Shown: positions 58,214 to 64,000 of the stretch, piece after piece
Numbering within the stretch: position 1 is the first letter of the stretch
Layout: each line of letters starts with the position of its first letter
NCBI GenBank assembly: GCA_963664825.1
Contig: OY761614.1
Coordinates: forward strand, 2,368,001 to 2,432,000
Source of the DNA: an uncultured Holophaga sp.
GTDB taxonomy: Bacteria > Acidobacteriota > Holophagae > Holophagales > Holophagaceae
Reading direction: 5' to 3'
DNA length: 64,000 nucleotides
Translations under genes and position numbers: made by a program
Notes under the pieces: generated by a model
The model's database searches: none
Seen by the model: the letters and a program-made list of their open reading frames with translations, nothing else
What the model was told of the DNA's origin: nothing

Positions 58214-60583
58214 ATGAGCAATATGACTGGCGCAATGGCGATCAAAAGTGTGGGGTTGGACCGTTTGGCTTTCCTGGAGGCCAGTCATGCGGTATCCCGG
58301 GGTGTGGCCTCTCTCTTTGATTGCGCGTCTCTTTCCTTCGAATACATGGACCCCGCCGTCGAGGGTCTCTTGGGTTTCACCGCGGAGGAGATCGAGACCG
58401 GTGGGACCGAATTCCTCATGGCTCTCGTCCATTCCGATGATCAGGGCGTGATCCCTTGGCGGAACCGCGAGGCCCTTTCTTGCTTTGGGCAAGAATCCGA
58501 ACGGGCCGTCCTGGAGAGCGAATACCGGATGCGCCACAAGGACGGGAGATGGAGGTGGTTCCATACCCACCGGACGGCCTATGACCATCATCCGGATGGT
58601 CGTCTCTGCCGCATTCTCTCCTTCTCCTCCGATATCACCGCGCGCAAGGAATCCGAGGAGGCCCTCCTGCGCAGTGAGGCGATGCTCGCGGAGGCTCAAG
58701 GGCTGGCTGGACTCGGCAGCTTCGAGTTAACGCCTCACCAGACTGAGAAGGTCTGGTCGGAAGGGATGTTTCGGCTCTTCGACCGGGATCCCCAATTGGG
58801 TCCCATGTCGGTCCCAGAACTGCTGGAGGTGGTCTACCCCGAGGATCGGCGGGCCTTCCAGGCGGCCCGGAAAATGCTGTTCGAGGACGGTGTGCCCCTC
58901 CATCTGGAACATCGGATCGTCTGGCAAGACGGCTCCGTCCACAACCTGGTCACCAACGCCCACTGGGTTGTCTCCCCAGAGGGAGGGGCCGGGCGCATGG
59001 TGGGAGCGATCCTGGATATCACGGACCGGAAGCGCTCTGAAATGGAACTGCGGGAGAGCATGCACCGCTTCCACGATCTGGCCGATTGCCTGCCCCAGCC
59101 GGTCTTCGAGGTGGATCGCGCCGGACGGTTGAACTATGTGAACCGCTGCGCCATCACTTCCTTCGGCTACCCCATCGAAGAGCTCTTGGGCCACCACGCC
59201 ATCGAACTCCTCGTTGTGGAGGACAGGCTTCGGGCCATCCAGGATTTGGCGAATGGGATGAATGATGGCAGCCCTAGGCATGAATTCATGGTCCTGCGCA
59301 AGGATGGAACCGTCTTCCCCGTGCTCATCCATGCCTCCCCTATCATCAAGGAGGGTGTGCCCGTGGGCTTGAGGGGCATCGTGGTGGACCTCACGGAGAG
59401 TCGGCGCGCGCAGGAGGAGCAGGAGCGCCTCCAGGAGCGCCTGATGCAGGCCGAGAAAATGGATGCCGTCGGTCAGTTGGCCGGGGGCATCGCCCACGAC
59501 TTCAACAACCACCTCAGCGCCATCATGGGCTTTGCGGGGATGCTGCACGAGCGCCTTGAGGACCCGACCCTGCGCCGCTATGCGAGCAATATCCTGAAAT
59601 CCAGCCAGCGTTCGGCCGAACTCACCAAACAGTTGCTGGCCTTCGCCCGCAAGGGAAAGTACCTATCGGTTCCAGTGAACATGCACGAGATCATCGAAGA
59701 GGTCATGCAGATCCTGGAACACAGCATCGATAAGCGGATTGCCCTCAGCGCGGAACTGAGCGCCCAGTCGCCGATGATCATGGGGGACCCGACCCAGCTC
59801 GAGAACGCACTCATGAACATGGCGCTCAATGCGCGGGATGCGATGCCCAATGGCGGCTGCCTTCGTTTCGCGACCCAAGCCTGCCATCTCGATGAGATCT
59901 ATTGCCGCACGCTGCCCTACGAACTGAAGCCCGGTCCTTTTCTCCAGGTGAGCGTAAGCGATACGGGCATCGGCATGGACCGGGAGCTCCAGAAGCGGAT
60001 CTTCGATCCCTTCTTCACCACCAAGGAGGTGGGGAAGGGCACGGGGCTGGGAATGGCCTCGGTGTATGGGACGGTCAAACACCACAATGGCGCCATCAAT
60101 GTCTACAGCGAGGTGGGCCGCGGGAGCTGTTTCAAACTCTACTTCCCCCTCACGGACCTTGATATGGGCAGGGTGGAGGCTTCCGCGGAGCTGGAACCGA
60201 CTCCCGGCAATCAAGTGGTGTTGGTCGTGGAGGATGAGGCCCTGGTGGGCGAGATGCTCACCCATATGCTGGAGCACCTCGGCCATCAGGTGATCCTGCT
60301 GAAGGATGGCCAGGAGGCCGTCGAATTCTATGCCGAGGCCGGGGAGTTCGTGGATCTGGTCATCCTGGATCTGGTGATGCCGAGGCTCTGTGGCAAGGAT
60401 ACCTTCCGGGAACTCCGCAAAATCAATCCCGGCGTCCGGGTGCTGCTCTCCTCGGGGTACAGCGTGGATGGCGAGGCCCAGCTCCTCTTTGACGAGGGGG
60501 CCCTGGGCTTCCTCCAGAAACCCTACAAGATCGTTGAATTGGGGCGCGTTCTCTCCGAGGTCCTTTCCCATCCAACTGCGTGA
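58214..60583 (+). CDS. Cytoplasmic triple-PAS hybrid histidine kinase
   Basis: Three PAS/PAC repeats, LAGGIAHDFNN, NARDAM, FDPFFTTK, GTGLG, C-terminal REC; start uncertain. Confidence 0.92.
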   Translation: MSNMTGAMAIKSVGLDRLAFLEASHAVSRGVASLFDCASLSFEYMDPAVEGLLGFTAEEIETGGTEFLMALVHSDDQGVIPWRNREALSCFGQESERAVLESEYRMRHKDGRWRWFHTHRTAYDHHPDGRLCRILSFSSDITARKESEEALLRSEAMLAEAQGLAGLGSFELTPHQTEKVWSEGMFRLFDRDPQLGPMSVPELLEVVYPEDRRAFQAARKMLFEDGVPLHLEHRIVWQDGSVHNLVTNAHWVVSPEGGAGRMVGAILDITDRKRSEMELRESMHRFHDLADCLPQPVFEVDRAGRLNYVNRCAITSFGYPIEELLGHHAIELLVVEDRLRAIQDLANGMNDGSPRHEFMVLRKDGTVFPVLIHASPIIKEGVPVGLRGIVVDLTESRRAQEEQERLQERLMQAEKMDAVGQLAGGIAHDFNNHLSAIMGFAGMLHERLEDPTLRRYASNILKSSQRSAELTKQLLAFARKGKYLSVPVNMHEIIEEVMQILEHSIDKRIALSAELSAQSPMIMGDPTQLENALMNMALNARDAMPNGGCLRFATQACHLDEIYCRTLPYELKPGPFLQVSVSDTGIGMDRELQKRIFDPFFTTKEVGKGTGLGMASVYGTVKHHNGAINVYSEVGRGSCFKLYFPLTDLDMGRVEASAELEPTPGNQVVLVVEDEALVGEMLTHMLEHLGHQVILLKDGQEAVEFYAEAGEFVDLVILDLVMPRLCGKDTFRELRKINPGVRVLLSSGYSVDGEAQLLFDEGALGFLQKPYKIVELGRVLSEVLSHPTA

Positions 60584-60648
60584 TCCCAGCCGGTGTTATG
60601 GGATCACGCAATCGGGTTCAGGACTGTGGGGAAAGGAATAGCCCGGGA

Positions 60649-62514
60649 TCAGTTCAGTGTGAGCGACCGGGGCCTAGTCATGGCCTCGGGGCTGAGGAGT
60701 TCTTCCATCTGGGCTTCGGTCAGCCAACCCTTGGCGCGGATGATCTCGCGAACAGGCACGCCGGTGGCCAGGGCTTCCTGGGCCACTTCCGTGGCGCGCT
60801 TGTAGCCCAGGGCGGGCATGACGGCCGTCACGATGCCGATGGAGTGTTCCACCAGGTCCCGGCAGCGCTCCGCATTGGCGGTGATGCCAACGATGCATTT
60901 GCTGGTGAGGACGTTTACCGCTGAGGTGAGCATCTGCAAGGATTGGAAGAGATTGAAAGCCAGGATGGGCTCCATGACGTTGAGCTGGAGCTGGCCGGCC
61001 TCGGCGGCGAGGGTGAGGGTCAGATCGTTGCCGATGACATGGAAGGCCACCTGGTTGACGACCTCGGGCACGACCGGATTCACCTTGCCGGGCATGATGC
61101 TGCTGCCGGGCTGCATGGGCGGCAGGTTGATCTCCTGGAAGCCGCATCTGGGCCCGCTGGAGAGCAAACGCAGATCGTTGCACATCTTGGAGAGTTTCAC
61201 GGCCGCGCGCTTGACCACGCCGCTGAACATGACAAAGGCGCCGGTATCGGGGGTGGCCTCGATGAGGTTCCCGGCCAACTGGATGAAGAGCCCCGTGATG
61301 CCCCGCAGTTCCTCCACCACCGCCTTGGGGTAGCGCGGATCGGCGCAGATGCCCGTGCCGATGGCGGTGCCGCCCATGTTCACTTCCAGGAAGAGGCGGG
61401 CGGTTTCCCGCAGGCGGTCGATGTCTTCGCCCGTAGTCACGGCGAAGGCCTCGAATTCCTGGCCCAGGGTCATGGGCACGGCGTCCTGGAGCTGGGTGCG
61501 GCCCATCTTGATCACGTCCTTGAATTCGATCCCCTTGGCATGCAGGGCGGCCTTCAGCTTGTCCAGGGCGGCCAGCAGGCCGTTCAGCATGAAGATGGTG
61601 GCCAGGCGCACGGCGGTGGGATAGACATCGTTGGTGCTCTGGCCCAGGTTCACGTGATCGTTGGGATGGCAGGCCGCGTAGTCGCCCCGGGCCCGGCCCA
61701 TGAGCTCGAGGGCGCGGTTGGCGATGACCTCGTTGGCGTTCATGTTGGTGGAGGTGCCTGCGCCGCCCTGCACCATGTCCACCAGGAAATGGCCATGCCA
61801 GTGGCCGTTGATGATCTCCTGGCAGGCCTGGTCGATGGCGCCGGCCTGGGCGGGTTCCAGCAGATCCAGGCTGGCGTTGGCCCGGGCCGCGGCCTGCTTG
61901 ACCATGGCGAGGGCGCGCACCAGGGCGGGGAAGTGGGAGAGCGGAATGCCCGTGATGGGGAAGTTCTCCATGGCGCGCAGGGTCTGGACGCCGAAGAGGG
62001 CATCCACCGGCACTTCCGCGTCCCCCAGCAGATCGTGCTCGGGGCGCGTGGCGCCGGAGGCGTAGCCCTGTTCCCGACCCATGCGGCTGGAAGCGGCGTA
62101 GAGCAGACGGCGGTTCATCACCAGGGCCACGCGGCTCAGCAGCTCCACGGCCGCCTGGCCATCGGCCGCAAGCTGCTCCAGGGTGGCGGCGCGGTCGAAT
62201 TCGAGGACCACGGCATGGCCCAGGGGCTGGGCCGAGGTCGTGTGCTGGCTGGCATGGAGGAAGGCGCCTTCGCCGGCCACATCACCGGCCCCCAGCACAC
62301 TGAGGCGCTCCGGGCCGTCGCCGGCATCCTTGACGATCTCCACCTGCCCCTGGAGGAGGAGGTAGCAGGCATGGCGCGGCTGGCCTTGGCGGAAGAGGAA
62401 GGTGCCCGGGGCCACCTCCCTGCGCACGCCGATGGGGGCGAGTCGCGCCAGCGTCGTATCCGAGAGTCCCCCGAAGAGTTCCGAAGAACGAAGAATCGAG
62501 TCGATCTCACCCAT
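60649..62514 (-). CDS. aspA: Aspartate ammonia-lyase with N-terminal cyclic-nucleotide-binding domain
   Basis: GGAGTSTNMNANE, KMGRTQLQDA, GSSIMPGKVNP; N-terminal ~150 aa with FRQG...G.VEI...GDVAGE. Confidence 0.92.
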   Translation of the reverse strand: MGEIDSILRSSELFGGLSDTTLARLAPIGVRREVAPGTFLFRQGQPRHACYLLLQGQVEIVKDAGDGPERLSVLGAGDVAGEGAFLHASQHTTSAQPLGHAVVLEFDRAATLEQLAADGQAAVELLSRVALVMNRRLLYAASSRMGREQGYASGATRPEHDLLGDAEVPVDALFGVQTLRAMENFPITGIPLSHFPALVRALAMVKQAAARANASLDLLEPAQAGAIDQACQEIINGHWHGHFLVDMVQGGAGTSTNMNANEVIANRALELMGRARGDYAACHPNDHVNLGQSTNDVYPTAVRLATIFMLNGLLAALDKLKAALHAKGIEFKDVIKMGRTQLQDAVPMTLGQEFEAFAVTTGEDIDRLRETARLFLEVNMGGTAIGTGICADPRYPKAVVEELRGITGLFIQLAGNLIEATPDTGAFVMFSGVVKRAAVKLSKMCNDLRLLSSGPRCGFQEINLPPMQPGSSIMPGKVNPVVPEVVNQVAFHVIGNDLTLTLAAEAGQLQLNVMEPILAFNLFQSLQMLTSAVNVLTSKCIVGITANAERCRDLVEHSIGIVTAVMPALGYKRATEVAQEALATGVPVREIIRAKGWLTEAQMEELLSPEAMTRPRSLTLN

Positions 62515-62675
62515 GGCGCACCTCCAAGACCGCTGAATCTATTGCGATCACGCGTCAACTCTATCGAATGGAGCCGATCCGGTTGTCACGATAAGGTTGC
62601 GCCGGATAAAGGGGAAGAGGAAGTGTGGCGCGGTCCCTGCGGCTCCAAGGTGCTTGTTCCTGCGAAGGGTAGGCG

Positions 62676-62709
62676 AAGGCGCCCCTCGGCACGAGCCTTG
62701 GGGCGCCTT
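62676..62709 (-). terminator. Hairpin immediately 3' of the tRNA (processing or termination)
   Basis: AAGGCGCCCC...GGGGCGCCTT 10-bp stem; U tract is poor. Confidence 0.45.
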
Positions 62710-62710
62710 A

Positions 62711-62787
62711 TGGTGATCCCGGTGCGATTCGAACGCACGACCTACGCCTTAGGAGGGCGTCGCTCTATCCATCTGAGCTACGGGATC
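62711..62787 (-). tRNA. tRNA-Arg (anticodon CCT)
   Basis: GATCCCGTAGCTCAGATGGATAGAGCGACGCCCTCCTAAGGCGTAGGTCGTGCGTTCGAATCGCACCGGGATCACCA; full cloverleaf with encoded CCA. Confidence 0.97.
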
Positions 62788-62822
62788 GGTGGAACATTCA
62801 ATTCTGCCATGAGGGCAGGGGT

Positions 62823-64000
62823 TCAGGCCATCTTCGCCTGGAATTCGGCATAGGGGCCCTGGAAATCCTCGATGCCCTTGTCGTCGAAGTGCCAGATGCG
62901 GGTGGCCACTTCGTCGAGGAGATCCTCGTCGTGGGTGACCAGCAGCACGGTGCCGTCGTAGTTCTGCAGGGCCGTATTGAGGGCTATGACAGCCTCCAGG
63001 TCCAGGTGGTTGGTGGGCTCATCCAGCACCAGGATGTTGGGCTTCTGGAGCATGAGCTTGGAGAACATCAGGCGGCAGGCCTCGCCGCCGCTGAGGACTT
63101 CGGTCTTCTTCATGCCCTCCTCGCCCCGGAAGAGCATCTGGCCCAGCACGGCGCGGATCTCTTCCACCAGAGCTTCAGGATCGAATTGTCGCAGCCAGTC
63201 CACCAGGGTCCAGCCGCCGGGGATGGATTCCCGGAAATCCTGGGCGAAGTAGCCGACGCTGGCCTCGTGGCCCCATCTCACCTCGCCGGAATCGATGCCG
63301 CGATCGATCTCGGTGACCTGGGGCGCATTGGTCAGCAGGGCCTTCAGGAGGGTGGATTTGCCCGCGCCGTTGCGGCCGATGATGCCGATGCGCTCCCCTC
63401 GGGAGATATTGGCGCTGAAATCCCGGATCACCTCCATGCGCGCCCCCTTCACGTCGTAGCTCATGGAGACATGCTCGAATTCCAGGGCGTGGCGGCCGCT
63501 GGGGCGCTTCTGGTCGAACTTGATGAAGGGGCGGGCGATGTTGCTGCGGGAGAGTTCGCCGGGGGCCAGGCGTTCCACCTCCTTGCGCCGGGAGTTCACC
63601 TGGCTCGAGCGGGTGCCCGCCGCGAAGCGCTGGATGAATTCGTTGAGCTGGGCGATCTTCTTTTCCCGCTGGGCGTTCTCGGACTCCAGGTGGCTGCGGA
63701 TTTGCGTCTTCTGCATCACCATGTCGTCGTAGCCGCCGGTGTACTGGATGATGGTCTGGTAGTCGATATCGGCGATGTGGGTGCAGACGCCGTTCAGGAA
63801 GTGGCGATCATGGCTGATGACGATGACGCTTCCATCGTAGCGGTTGAGGAAGTTCTCCAGCCAGTGGATGGAGTCCAGATCCAGATGGTTGGTGGGCTCG
63901 TCGAGCAGGAGCGCCTCAGGGTGGCCGAAGAGGGCCTGGGCCAGCAGCACGCGCATCTTCTGGCCGCCCTGCATCTCGCTCATCTGCCGCTCGTGGAGCT
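62823..64000 (-). CDS. ABC-F family ATPase (YbiT-like), 5'-truncated
   Basis: LLLDEPTNHLD twice, ISHDRHFL, GRNGAGKST, LSGGE. Confidence 0.93.
   Translation of the reverse strand, partial: LHERQMSEMQGGQKMRVLLAQALFGHPEALLLDEPTNHLDLDSIHWLENFLNRYDGSVIVISHDRHFLNGVCTHIADIDYQTIIQYTGGYDDMVMQKTQIRSHLESENAQREKKIAQLNEFIQRFAAGTRSSQVNSRRKEVERLAPGELSRSNIARPFIKFDQKRPSGRHALEFEHVSMSYDVKGARMEVIRDFSANISRGERIGIIGRNGAGKSTLLKALLTNAPQVTEIDRGIDSGEVRWGHEASVGYFAQDFRESIPGGWTLVDWLRQFDPEALVEEIRAVLGQMLFRGEEGMKKTEVLSGGEACRLMFSKLMLQKPNILVLDEPTNHLDLEAVIALNTALQNYDGTVLLVTHDEDLLDEVATRIWHFDDKGIEDFQGPYAEFQAKMA

Noticed and set aside
62711..62787. tRNA-Arg as an island attachment site
   Set aside because: No duplicated tRNA 3' end or integrase was seen in the window

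Overview
GC-rich bacterial chromosomal window with about 55 genes. Gene content and codon style resemble an anaerobic Acidobacteriota member (Holophagaceae-like); that is my inference and has not been checked. Housekeeping genes include mutS2, rpsU, lepA, aqpZ, serA, serC, tag, rlmF, an ABC-F ATPase and tRNA-Arg(CCT). Other blocks: two divergent pairs of secreted M16 peptidases; a large, divergent GlpX-like protein; arginine deiminase about 5 kb from a COG2403/ArcE-like putative arginine synthetase; a comF gene coupled to an ERCC4/XPF-type nuclease; a serine cluster (histidine-phosphatase-type PSP, DUF1015, short SerA, SerC); an accessory patch at about 42-48 kb with a frameshifted DUF6448 gene and a 41-aa TatA-like ORF; a rex-hydCBA electron-bifurcating [FeFe]-hydrogenase operon followed by a sensory hydrogenase and SpoIIE phosphatase; and an aspartase fused to a cyclic-nucleotide-binding domain. 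Non-coding signals: three related ~90-110 bp REP-like palindromes, a ~125 nt multibranched hairpin element, and a gene that appears to start at GTA. No CRISPR array, prophage or intact transposase was seen. Family assignments come from motif recognition, not database searches.
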